64,000 nt of DNA. Origin: Octopus vulgaris. Lineage: Eukaryota. The translations under genes and the position numbers were made by a program. Shown here piece by piece: positions 51,301 to 64,000 of the stretch. The notes below the pieces were generated by a model. It did not search any database. It worked only from the letters and a program-made list of their open reading frames with translations, and was not told the DNA's origin. The number at the start of each line of letters is the position of its first letter. Position 1 is the stretch's first letter. Location of the stretch: contig OX597823.1 in assembly GCA_951406725.2 (NCBI GenBank), positions 59,024,001-59,088,000 of the forward strand, given 5' to 3'.

Positions 51301-54104
51301 ACATAACATACCAAGTAACAGCAATTCATGTCTCTCAATAATTTAATAGTCATACGTTTCTACCACATAATCTAGAGGCACATGCAATTTTGTTACCATA
51401 CCATGTTATACACACACACACATACCACACATATACACACGCGCGCACAGACACACACACACACACCACACACATATACACACGCGCGCACAGACACACA
51501 CACACATAGACATATACGCATACACATAGGTACACATACACATAGATACAGTAAACACATGCGTGTACAGACCAATCAATTAACCAATCTAGCAACCACT
51601 TTCCATTTTAAACTCCATATTGAATTTACTCGAGTAACGTAAATTTCTATCAGTGAGACAAATGTATCAGATGACTTTTACTATATTACTTGCTTGACTG
51701 GTTAACTACACAGATTGTTGATAACATCATAGCTGAACTGAAATTGATTCTGCTATATCGCTCTGCTGTATCAAACAAGCTGTTCTAAGACGTGCAGTGC
51801 AGCAAGCAAACAGATGAGTTTAAATCTAGTATATGTTAAGTCTCTAAGATGATAGACTTATTTCCATAATGGTCACCTGGAGCAGATTGTGTCCCTAATA
51901 AAGAACCAGCTAATCCATATACGCTCTCTGTTTGCCAATCACTAAAACTCTATTCAGAGCCAAATAGTTGATTAGACCACTTCATGGAATTATCGTAGAA
52001 ACCATATTCATTTGATGCTTGGTCAAACTTGTAATGTTTGTCAGTAAGAGATAAAGTTGAAATTATATTATTAGATAAATTTGCTGCTTATATAGACAAA
52101 TACAACGAGCTCATCATTGATGATTCATTGCTATCCCATTTCACACTTGCACCTTTTCACTTCTACTTGCATTCCTTTACTCATAAAGGGAATTAAATCA
52201 AAACCGATTATAAACTGAACAAACACGTTGCTATGTTAGAACACCGTGTTTTATGATCAGTACCGGCTTCTTCGGTCGTTTCCCGTTGTTATTGTCTTGC
52301 AAAATAAATCTATATACCTCAGTAAAACCTATGAGCTAACTCTCATATATTTTGTTTCGGTCTTCTAGAATAACTAGTTATGACTCTTAATGATGCGATA
52401 TCACTGATAATCATGTGAAACGAGTGAGTATGCGGTTAGGTGCTGCGGAGGAGGAGGAGGGGGCAGCAGCGAAAAATATTCTTTGCGAATTACGGACACA
52501 TCTCACACGTTTTGACAAGCTACTTCTCGGTAGCTTTCTAATAATTACAATGATTAACATCACAAACGTTCAGAATGAAGATCCTCTTCTCCTTCTCCAC
52601 TACCTCCTCCGCCTCATAATCATCACCGCCATCACTATTATTACCACCATTCTTAACATCAACAGCAACATCATAATTATCATCCTTATATTTATGATCG
52701 TAGTTCTGATCATAATCCTTCTCTCCATCGTCATCATATTTATCCTGCTCGTATCGACAGCAACTGATGAGGATAAAATTCTGATAAAGATAGATTATGA
52801 TGAAATTCCCAAAAACAAAACATGATTAAAACTGAAACGTTCAAAGTTGTATATTCTCCAATTAACTTCTTAAAAACAGAAGTAAAATAGAACAACATTT
52901 TCAATTAAACGTAAAATACGTTTATATATTTGTTTTCAAAAATTTCATTGCAGAAAAATAATTTTCATTTTTTTATATCTAATTAAAAAAAAAGGCAAAA
53001 AAAAATTTGTTTTCTCAAAAGAAATTACAGTTGTAATAGCGATTTCTTCCAGAGGTACAAGGCTAAGGTTATACTGAACGGAATTGTATTTCAAATTACA
53101 GTAATGAATTTATATTTATTTTTCTACGTAAAATTTATACATTATTTAATAAACAAGCTTCATTGCTTAAATGCTTCCAACTGTACAGTCGGGTTATTGT
53201 TTACAAGTATTCCTGGGGTGAGAACGACAAAAGAATTTCTGTATAACTGGCGTTGAAAAAATAACACACAGGTTATTATATATTCAAAAGCAATACTCTT
53301 TACCTTTCTTTCTTTCCTTCCTTTGCCCCCTTTCTCTCTCTGTCTATCTCTCTCCTATTTGTTTTTTCTTTCATTCATTTTTTTGATTCTCCCTCGTTAT
53401 ACATATATGTGTGTCGCACTGCCACATGATACTCTTCCCTCTGCCGTAAGGCTTCATTTCCACACACGCCAGCTGAATTCGATTCGTCCCCAGTCGAAAG
53501 ACACCTGTTGTTATGTCCTGTTATTATTATTATTGTTATTGTTATTGCATTTTGTATTTATAGTCGTGTAACATCGTCTGTTTTTCCGTCCTTGTTTTCG
53601 TATACATTCGATGCTTTTTTTCCAAGGAATCTAATGCTCCAAGCTTAGTTTTGCTTTGGGGTTGGCCAGATTGGAGCAATCTCAAGATTAACCAGCCGAA
53701 ATTGCGAGGATGATCCGGTTCTTGACTGAAGATAAAAGGCTTCGAATGTGTGTGTGTGAATATAGTAAAAGTCATCTGATACATTTGTCTCACTGATAGA
53801 AAAGGTGTGTGTCCTTGTTTTTTTGTATCGTCTATCTGGATGTTTTGTTGTCCCTTTTTGTATCACCTAGTTGTTCTGATGTTATTTTGCGTTCTTGTCC
53901 CATTTTGTATTATATTTTATATATATATAGATAGATAGCTAAGTGATATTCCAAAAAAAAATCTTGTAGAATGTTGAGCAAAGCTAGCGCATAGTTATTA
54001 GCTACCTATTGTCGTCATACAGCCTAAATACATATCCTCCTTGATTTACTGCAGGAATTCCATAGTATTCGTTGAGTTTATATAGATAGATAGATAGATA
54101 AACG

Positions 54105-54695
54105 ACAGAAAATGGAATTAACGAGATTCCTTATTCAAAATCACGACAGTAATTTCGACGCATTCTCTCACCCGTAGTTCATGGGTGAGATGTTCTGCAA
54201 TTGCACATTTATTATCTTACATCACAGGTGTAGAATCCACCTCTTCAGGTGATTGTTTAAAAAGTTACTTGTTATACATATTCATCATTTCACTCAGTTT
54301 TGTGGTATGTAACAGTCACCCAGAGGAGGTGCATTCTACACCTGCGATATAAGATATTCTTTTCTACTCTAGGCACAACGCCCGAAATTTTGGAGGAGGG
54401 GGCCAGTCGATTAGCTCGACTGCAGTACGCAACTGGTACTAAATTTATCGACCACCGAAAGGATGAAAGGCAAAGTTAACCTCGGTGGAATTTGAACTCA
54501 GAACGTAAAGACTGGCGAAGTACCGTTAAGCATTTCGCCCGGCATGCTAACGATTCTGTCGCCATCTCGCTGCCTTCTGCGATGTAAAATATTAACTGCA
54601 CAACTGCACATCTCACCTACGAATTGCAGGTGAAAAAATCATCGAAACAATCGTAGTGAGTTTGAACAAAGAATCTCATTGATTCCATTTCCTGT
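54105..54695. mobile_element. Foldback/MITE-like element with about 150-bp inverted arms, interrupted by a SINE B
   Basis: Left arm acagaaaatggaattaacgagattc...caggtgtagaatccacctc; right arm gaggtgcattctacacctg...gaatctcattgattccatttcctgt. Confidence 0.75.
54359..54576 (-). mobile_element. Full-length SINE family B with 17-bp target-site duplication
   Basis: TSD ctgcgat(a/g)taa(g/a)atatt at 54342-54358 and 54577-54593. Confidence 0.9.
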
Positions 54696-54698
54696 GTT

Positions 54699-54743
<45 letters not shown>

Positions 54744-54888
54744 CTCTCTCTCTCTCCCCCTCACTTTCTCCATATATATATATATATATTCATATATATT
54801 ATATTTGTATATATGTATATGTATAAACACATACACAACACACATATCTATCTGTGTCTTCATCCCTTGTTCTCACTTTCTCTCTCTC

Positions 54889-54944
<56 letters not shown>

Positions 54945-55752
54945 TGATTTCTTTATTGTAAGTCTTGTGTTTTATTTTAAAATTATTAACCGATTTGATA
55001 ATTCAAATCAGAATTATTTCATTATACACCTTTGTTGGCAGGTTAATAAAACTTTTGGCAAAATTCTGCATAATTGAAGGAATCCAAATTCATGTTGCTA
55101 TCGCAGACAGCGTCGTAAAGAATTTCACATAATTCTAGTGCACTATCTTACTGAATATTTAATCCATTTATATTCAGTGTCTGATAGTTTCTTTCACTAC
55201 CTATTTTGCAAAAATTTACTTGAAGTTGTTTACGTACTAAATTTTCTATACTAATAATATTTAAGAAATAATTATTGATTGAAATTGCTATCAAACAACA
55301 GAGTCGAATGCTGAGTTTGGTTAAATAAGTATATACAACGGTAATTTAAATATTTTGAAAACAATAGTACGTAGATTTCATCAAGAAAGTATTTGTTTGA
55401 GACATTATCATAAATGTACTTATATAAACATTTCCGATCATTGTATAGCTTCAGGAAGTTTGTATTCAGTGCTTTGAAAAGAAATTAAAATATGGCTGTT
55501 ATTCAGAACACACATGTGGTCCGGTTTGTTTGAATGTAAGATGATTAAAGTGCATTTATAATAATATTTGTCAATTAAATCCTTGATGAGTACTGCTTCA
55601 TGTTAATAGCAGAACACACACACACTCTCATACACACACTCACGCATGCATGCATGCACACACACGCACACACACACACGAACACATGTATTTAGATGTA
55701 TGGGTATACATATATACATGTATGTGTGGTCTATCTCTCTGTATCTCTAACG

Positions 55753-55783
<31 letters not shown>

Positions 55784-56259
55784 AGCATGTACGTGTACAT
55801 ATGTATATATATAGGTATGTATATCTATATATATTTGTGTGTGTATATATATGTATATATATGTATATCTATATATATGTATATACATTTGTAAGTATGT
55901 ATATGTGTGTGCGTGTGTGTGTATGCATGTATATGTATACAAAACCTGGTAGTAACCGTATTTTTCGCTTAATCAACCATATAGTTCTTGTTGTGTTGTA
56001 TGTCTGAATAAATGTAAACATGTTTACATCGCATTTACATTCTGTCAGAAGCATCAAATGTAGATACTCTTAAAGTAGTGGATACAAAGTTATTGGAAAA
56101 AGTTTGACAAAAAACATGCGAACAAAAACAGATAAGAATAAGCATGAAAGGAAAGAAGCAATGGGCAATGAAGCAAGCTTAGGTAGGGTATACTCAGCCA
56201 GGAAAATTTATTTCGTTCCGTATGAATTATTAAATGTCTTGTTTAAGAATGTAATCATA

Positions 56260-56672
56260 TTGATTTCAAATTTTGGCACACGACCAGCAATTTCGGGGTG
56301 GTGGTAAGTCAATTACATTGACCCCAGTACTTAACGGGAACTTATTTTATCGACCCCAAAGCGGTGGAAGGCATAGTCAACCTCGGCGGAATTTGAACTC
56401 AGAACATGAAGACAGACGCAATGCTGGTTAGCATTTTGCGCGGCGTGCTAACGATTCTGCCAGTGAGGTGGCAGAATCGTTAGCACACTGGGTGAAATAC
56501 TCAGCGGCATTTCGTTCGTCTTTATGTTCGGAGTTCAAATTCCACAGAGGTCGACAGCGTATTTCATCCTTTCGAGGTCAATAAAATAAGTACCAGTTTA
56601 GCATTGGGGTCCATGTAATCGACTTTTACTCTCCCTCGAAATTATTGGCCTTTTGCCCAAATTTAGAAATCA
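56260..56672. mobile_element. Head-to-head inverted pair of SINE family B
   Basis: gtgctaacgattctgcca-gtgagg-tggcagaatcgttagcac at the centre; both arms run out to the tail ttcaaattt. Confidence 0.9.
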
Positions 56673-57839
56673 GTATAACGGTCAGACGCTAAGAAGTTGA
56701 TATTGTTGGAATCACGTGCATCAATTCTCGAAAATTAATTAAACAAGATATATGTAATTAGATTTGGGATAAGTGTGAGAATAGTAAGTAAAATAATGGG
56801 TTTTAAAGTTTAAGAGTGATATCTAAAATAATGTGTTTGAACGAGAGAAGAGTCGAGAGAATTGTAGAAAACCATTGATTGGTCTGTTGAAACAAACAAA
56901 AGCGTTATTGTTTATAAAATGCATGTATGAAAAGAAAAACATTTAATAAATCGTGATTTAACTATTGTTTCTTTAGGTTATAATATTTACTCTATTTGTC
57001 TCAGATACTCAACTAACCAAATGATAAGTAGTATACTTGTTCAAAACAAGATGCTTCATAGAAGGAGATTTATGTACGAAATGCCTGCTTTAGTAGGTAG
57101 ATAATTGGCACAATCGCTAGATCGTCGAATAGATAGACTCTCAGTAATGGTTTTCAATCTCTGCGTTCTGAATTTAAATTCCGCCAGGACCGACTGTACT
57201 TTTTCTCTTTCAGGTTCAATATATCATTGAGCAATCTATTCAGGGCGGTGGATTGGTGGAGCTGAAAAAGCATCAGATCAGATGGCTCGTAATATTCTTT
57301 GCGACCGTTTGTTTTTTAGTTCGAATTCCAACATCGCCTAATTGGGTAGTGTACTTAATGCCTCACCCAGTTTTACACCACCTTCTGCAAGCTTGAATAA
57401 CTTTAGTTCAGTCTACTCTGTTGCAAATATTCGGTCCACGTCACCAGTTTGTGAATAATTTTCTCCCTCCTGGCCATTTGTCTCAGAGGTATTACAAAGT
57501 GTCAACTGAAATCCCTTCACCTCTTGAATAAAGGATAAAACAGAATGACTTCAGTGTCGCAGTAAGGGACACAGAAATGGAGTTAAAGAAAAAAATGAGT
57601 GAAAAGATGGAAAGAGAAGGGATTAAAAAGGTTTAGATATTCAGCGCTTTCAGTTAGACTATTACACTGTGAGGCATAGCAAATTATCAAACTGCTATTT
57701 AGATGATGCCCCTGGTGTTATGGTTGATGATGATAGCGATGATATTTAGCCACAGGTCAATTCCAGTGAAGCAGACCAACAATAAAATATTCCATTCATC
57801 ACCAGAGCGTCTCATGTTTAGGCATGTCTCTTATCTGTT

Positions 57840-58085
57840 TTCTTTTAATCTTTTATTTGATTCATTCATTGGATCGCGTACATGCTATGGCACTATCCTG
57901 AAGGATGTAGTCGAACAAATCGTCTTCAGTAAGAGACTGAAGTCTGGTACTTACTCTATCGGAAAGAAGTCTGGTACTTACTCTATCGGTCTCTTTTTGC
58001 TGAACTGCTTCGTTAAGGGGACATAAACAAACCAACACCGGTTGTCAAGTAGTGTGGTGGAGGATATACTCAGACAAAGAGTTAC
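57840..58085 (-). mobile_element. SINE family A 3' part, diverged, with an internal duplication of about 26 bp
   Basis: gaagtctggtacttactctatcgg occurs twice; acaccggttgtcaag is present. Confidence 0.7.
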
Positions 58086-58120
58086 ATACAAATACAAAGA
58101 CATACATGCATACACACACA

Positions 58121-58171
<51 letters not shown>

Positions 58172-58426
58172 GAATATTACTTAGTTATTGCTCAATTAAT
58201 CATACGGAAATTCATACATATGATACAATTACAAACACCTTTTCAACGTGTGGCAATAACTAATTCAGTGTTCAGAAAATTCTCATTGCTCAGTATGAAT
58301 TATTTGATCTAGCTGAATTGCGTAAGCCAGGCTCACTCCACTCTCCTTTCTTTTATTGATATGGTAAATTAATTTTAAGAAGACTTTGATTGTTGTAGCA
58401 AAGCATATCCACTGGACTGCTCATAA

Positions 58427-58427
<1 letters not shown>

Positions 58428-58462
<35 letters not shown>

Positions 58463-58735
58463 CGACGACGACGACAATGATGAAGATGATGATGGCTATG
58501 CTGACGGAGACAGTGTTGATGTTAATGATCTTGTTGTTCTTCATGATGATAAGGGTGAGGATGACGAGCGGACTGCACATAACTTTGATGATGATGACGA
58601 CGACGTTGATGACGACGACGTTGATGACGACGACGTTGATGACGACGACGACGATGGTAATGGTGAGGAATGATGGAAATGGTGATGACGAAGACAGCGT
58701 TCATGTTGATGATGACGACTATGATGATAACGAGG
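58428..58735. repeat. (GAT/GAC)n low-complexity tract
   Basis: Directly visible; ggactgc(t/a)cataa(t/c)tttgatgatg occurs twice. Confidence 0.9.
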
Positions 58736-58751
58736 ATTCTAAAAATAGTTT

Positions 58752-58962
58752 TGGCTGTGTGGTAAGTAGCTTGCTAATAAACTACATGCTTCCGGGTTCA
58801 GTCCCACTGCGTGGCACCTTGCCCAAGTGTCTTCTACTATAGCCTCGGGCCGACCAAAGCCTTGTGAGTGGATTTGGTAGACAGAAGCTGAAAGAAGCCC
58901 GTCGTATATGTGTGTATATATACATATATATGTATATATATATATATATTATATATATATAC

Positions 58963-59021
<59 letters not shown>

Positions 59022-59112
59022 TATGTGTGTATATGTTTGTGTGTCTGTGTTTGCTAAAGGCGGTGCTCCAGCATGGCCGCAGTCAAATGACTGAAGCAAG
59101 TAAACGTAAAAG
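58752..59112 (+). mobile_element. SINE family A with internal deletion
   Basis: Low-divergence head tggctgtgtggtaagtagcttgc...; jumps from the TG tract to tail ctaaaggcggtgctccagcatggccgcagtcaaatgactgaa. Confidence 0.9.
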
Positions 59113-59929
59113 AGGGTCAATGAATGCAGTATGAAGGAAATGAATATCTGATTATGTTTGATAAAATTCGTCTGAAATAATTACATCTGCAACAAACGAT
59201 AACTAATTTGTAGTTTACCCTCAGACATTTTAAGACATTTAAAAAAAATTATGTAAAAGGATTCATTTACTTTAAAAGTAATCCCTTACCCACAAAAAGT
59301 TAAATAAACGGCCCCAAAAATATAATAAATTTACGCGACATCAAAAATCGTTTGAAAAGTAGTGTACCTCAAACAAACCGTAATATATATACGTACATAT
59401 GTATATATGTGTGTGTATGTATGTATATATGAGTGTGTGTGCGTGTGTGTATGCCTGTAATTATAAGATAAGTGAACACATAATAATAGTAATAAGGCAT
59501 CAAATAACGGCATCGTAAACAGTTTAATGAAACAAATTTAGATATATTTTATTTAATATTGAGAAATTAAAAGAATCTTTAAATCCAGAACGATACGGGA
59601 AAAAAAGTTTTATAACGAAAGTTTCGTATTCATTGATACTGAAATTGGTGTTAAAGATTAAAAAAAAAAAATAAAAGTAATAAATAAATAAAAATATTAA
59701 TATAAAATACACAAAAATTTTGACTTTAACTACTTCATTTTATTATCTACATATATTTTTCTTTTTAGTTTCTCTTTCTTTGGTTTGGCTATTCGTCCCA
59801 GAATACAGTTTGATACATGTACGAGGAAATTCTTACAAAAACTAAAGATAAATTATATATAAAATAGTACAAAAATATGTGGCGTGAAGGGAAAAAAATT
59901 TAGCTGTAAAAGAATCATTTTTTATGTTT

Positions 59930-60132
59930 AAAATTATCGGTCAACCAGTACAAAATGTTCTTTATGAGCCAAATTTCTGATGAACCGGTGCAAATGGGTT
60001 TTATATGTTGACCAATAAAAAACAGTTTTTATGGCATTAGATGTCGGTCAACCAATCAAAATGAATTTTACAAGTTATCTTTCAACTAATAAAAAATTGT
60101 TTTACGAGCAGAGTTATGGGTGAGCTGATAAA
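59930..60132. repeat. Degenerate minisatellite, unit about 35-40 bp
   Basis: Recurring t(c)ggtcaacca(g/a)t-aaaa-tgttttta units, about 5-6 copies. Confidence 0.55.
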
Positions 60133-60295
60133 CTGATGAAAAAAAAATAGCAACAGCAGCTTACAAAACTACTAGCTGCCGTTTCATAATAATTCTCAAG
60201 GAAAATGGTCTGAGATGAATAGACATACAGTGCAGACATGGCTGTATATGTGAATACATAGATACTGTCATGTCTACGTACGTACAGATATTCGT

Positions 60296-60334
<39 letters not shown>

Positions 60335-60731
60335 TATATATGCCTATGAGTATATGCAATGAGCATCAGCTTTATGCTGTTGCTCGGAGTTTTTAGTGTT
60401 AAAACACGATAGTCAACATAAAACGTCCTCTAATTAACTGTCAGTATCCTTTAGAAGTCGTTACTTCTCTTTAGCAGCAGATACCAAGAAAGTCAACTCT
60501 GAACTGACTAGCAAGTGAAGCTTCAATATTGTTTACATTTTGGCTGACAAGCCGAAACAAAATCATGAGTTCCAACTCCTTTTTGTTTAACGTGAGAATG
60601 CTTTTTCCCCGCGTTAAATTGCACTGAAAAGCTGTTACCGGCTTCAAATACCTCACAGACTTATTTGAATTCGTCTTAAATTTATTTGCTGCCCGTCACC
60701 GCTTCGCATGTCAACTTTCCATGCACAAAAT

Positions 60732-60798
<67 letters not shown>

Positions 60799-60951
60799 CT
60801 ATCTCTCTCACACACATACACACAACCACGCACGTACGAACGCACGCATGTATGTATGTATTTATGTATGTGTATATCGATGTACATCCACATTTACTTA
60901 TTTCTATGTATATGCCGGTACGAATTTGTGTATATGTATATATGTATGTAC

Positions 60952-61010
<59 letters not shown>

Positions 61011-63044
61011 TATATATATATACTCGCACAAAGGGAAGTTGGTTGTTTCAGTCGATCAGTGTGAATTCAGTAAACATTTGTAAACTGGAGGCGATGTAGA
61101 AGACCATTATCTAACGTGGAACGTTTGAGGCAAATATCTTAACGATACGACCTTACCTGTTAGCGTACTAAATGAAAGCCCTATATTTGAATAGATTACA
61201 AATATTTCATTTGTTTTTTTCTGCACAACCCACGTAACATATTTGATGGCCAAGCAGATAATCTTCTATCGGTTGAAATGGAGACCATGAAGTATGTATA
61301 ATCTGAACGATATTAGGCAGTACAAAATTGGACGGTATTAATTTCTCCTGTTACCATTTAATCGGATGATGAACAGTTAAGGAAAGACAGCAACTGCCCA
61401 AAATGGTGATGTATTTAATCGCATTGATATTGCTTGTAGCTATCATTCGTGCTGAAACTTTCCAAATTCTCTAAATGTTTGAAATGAGCTGTTTTTAATT
61501 ATAACGATTTTAATTATTCGATTTATTGATTTTTTTTACGTTTGAAGATCATAATTATCATTATAATAATTATAATGATTCTTTAAGTTTGCTTATAAAA
61601 TGTAAACTATAATACTTCATAAAGTTTTATTCGTGAATGGGAAATACATTTACAGTATTTAGTACACGCAGGTAGTAAACTTTGTGTGGAAGATTTAAAC
61701 GCCTGGTCCCTTGAATGTTTTTTGCTGAATCCAGGTTGTTGCAAGATATCAGGTCTGTTCTTCAGTTTAAGGATGGCTTCCTCTTTTCCTTCTACAATTC
61801 TTAGAAGCTATGAAAAAATGTTATGAATATTTGCGTTAGAGAGCGGATTCCCTAAAGCTCGTAAAGGCCAAGTGACTTTATTGAAAAGAGAGAGAGAGTT
61901 TAGAACTTCAACCTCTAACAGGAAAGTTCCCTTGCATGGGCTGCCACAGCTCGCAAAATACTTTGTATATTTAAAATGTGGAGCAACTGAATGGAAGAGA
62001 TTTCATCAAAAATATAGTTTAATTAGTGGTGACGAAATAAATATCATACTTTTCATTGTATATTATCATCTCGAGTGTTACGACCAGTATATCTTATGAT
62101 ATATATGTATATATGATATATGATTTATACCTATAAATATAAACATACATATATACGCACACAACACATATAAACACACGCACACATATACAGAGATCAG
62201 TAGACACACATCTATTCATACATATATACATACATACCGATATACATATATATATGTATGCATATATGTATATATCTATGTACACCTGTATACGCGCACG
62301 TGTGTGTATGTATGTGTGTGGATACGTGTGTGTGTATGTGTGTGTATGTACACAACTGAAAATACTAATTAACATCAAGCCACATAAAGGTGGATAACAT
62401 TACACTTGAGAGAGATTAATATACTTCTAGGAAATTTGGTTAATGTTTTTAATTGAAGATTAAGAAGCAGCTAGCTTTCAATGACCTACATTTTATAGTT
62501 ATGTTTCCCAGTAGGAGAACATAAGTCAAGACGCTTGATTATGTTCCTGACCATTCTCTAGAATTTCACCTCAAGACAAGAATTACTAATGGATTCCTAT
62601 AAATTTTAACAAATTAGTTTCAACAATGCAACTTTCAGAATAACACGGCTGAAGGATATTAAATGGAATTGTTAGGTTTTGCATGATGTGTATGGAAATC
62701 TAACAGAAAGAGCAAAGCAAATTACATTTAGATTATTGATTCTGAATGATTCTTTGTTAAATAACAGACTTATTTATATATGCACAAAGTAAAACATTTG
62801 AGAAATTATTTCAAGAAACACAGTAGACAACTTTAATAAAGTTGTTTTGTTTTTTTTTTGTTTCTTCACTCAAGTCATACATGATCTAGAAAAATGTTTC
62901 TTTACTTGGGTGATAGTACAATGTTGTAGACGTCATATAAGATCACAACAGAGTGTTATGGGAGGCGCTGCGTATATAGACGGTTTGTGATCTTACCTTT
63001 TTTCTCGCGAAATAAAATAAAATACTTGTATTATCTTTGATCCT

Positions 63045-63358
63045 TTATCTTTACATGTTTCAATCACTAGACCTGTGGTCATGCTGGGGCAACACCATGA
63101 AAAACGTTTAGTCGAGTGAATCGAACGCAGTTCGTCGTCTTCTTCTTCTTCTTCTTCTTCTTCTTCTTCTTCTTCTTCTTCTTCTTCTTCTTCTTCTTCT
63201 TCTTCTTCTTCTTCTTCTTCTTCTTCTTCTTCTTCTTCTTCTGTTAAGCCTGGTACTTATTCTATCGGTTTTTATCGAGCTGCTAAGTTGCAGAGACGTT
63301 AACAAGCCTACACCGGTTGCCAAGCAGGTTAGGGTGGATAAACAGAGACACACTCGTA
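63045..63358 (-). mobile_element. SINE family A 3' part containing an expanded (CTT)n
   Basis: Tail and aagcctggtacttattctatcgg flank (CTT)n at 63138-63241. Confidence 0.75.
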
Positions 63359-63360
63359 TA

Positions 63361-63445
<85 letters not shown>

Positions 63446-63449
<4 letters not shown>

Positions 63450-63729
63450 GAAATGAAGAAAATGCTGACAAAATGATTTAAGTAAGGGAGAGTGTATTTA
63501 ATTAGGTGAAAGTTCTTTTTATCGGTTGCGCATTTGCTATGCTTATCAAAAGATATTTTTTTAAGAGAGATAGAGTTCGAGTTCCTTTCTGATAGATTTT
63601 TTTCTCTTATAAGAGAAATTGAATCTATCTAAGCATAGCAAATGCGCAACCGGTAAAAAGAACTTTCACCTAATTAAATACACTCTCCCTTACTTAAATC
63701 ATTTTGTCTGCATCTTCTTCATTTCCTTT
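63446..63729. repeat. 100-bp inverted arms with a nested palindrome, beside (TA)n
   Basis: 63446-63545 pairs with 63630-63729; the spacer and right-arm edge carry gatagatt..tttctcttataagagaaa..aatctatc. Confidence 0.9.
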
Positions 63730-63937
63730 TTTTATATATCACAACTCGTGCTCCACATCTACTTTTTTAAATATATATATATATACCTAGATCGAATATT
63801 AAAAGTTGAGGATTAACAATCAAACAAATATTAAAAATAGTAATGACAAAACAACAAAATGATTTACACATGGAATATATTAATTCAACGTTCGGTAAAG
63901 TTGAAAGAGTGACTACACACACATACACACACACATA

Positions 63938-64000
63938 CAGGGTGTCCAGAAATGTTTGCCCTATTTTCATTTTATAGTACATTGTTTCATTCGTAGTAAT
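63938..64000 (+). mobile_element. Probable terminus of a Tc1/mariner element running off the window
   Basis: TA-CAGGGTGTCC start, typical of Tc1-family TIRs. Confidence 0.5.

Noticed and set aside
58386-58842. Acidic polyD and polyM/T ORFs
   Set aside because: (GAT/GAC)n low-complexity DNA running into a SINE head.
59977-60000. CTGATGA followed by a short stem; similar isolated CTGANGA words at 590, 4588, 6701, 38693 and 52764
   Set aside because: No correctly placed GAAA, NUH and stem I, so these are chance matches.

Overview
AT-rich, microsatellite-saturated eukaryotic DNA with no credible intact protein-coding gene. It is probably intronic or intergenic DNA from an octopod cephalopod, inferred from the tRNA-derived SINE families. 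Most ORFs in the supplied track are translations of (TA)n, (CA)n, (TACA)n, (TCTA)n or triplet repeats. Recognisable content: several families of tRNA-headed SINEs in many copies, six decayed Tc1/mariner elements plus a probable seventh starting at the window end, a Buster-type hAT remnant, non-autonomous Helitrons, CR1-like LINE fragments and a foldback/MITE. The most notable signal is a set of at least six sequence-unrelated short non-coding elements, each carrying a type I hammerhead-ribozyme fold with a short, usually palindromic, stem III; nearly all sit in or beside (TA)n-type microsatellites. They come in three architectures: (i) 508- and 545-bp units in about 1.4-copy partial tandem (retrozyme-like, possibly circular-RNA-derived), (ii) Penelope-like short elements with 5' inversions, and (iii) a tRNA-headed SINE with a hammerhead tail. 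Core variants include U3-A8 and C4. All folds were read by eye; catalytic activity is untested.
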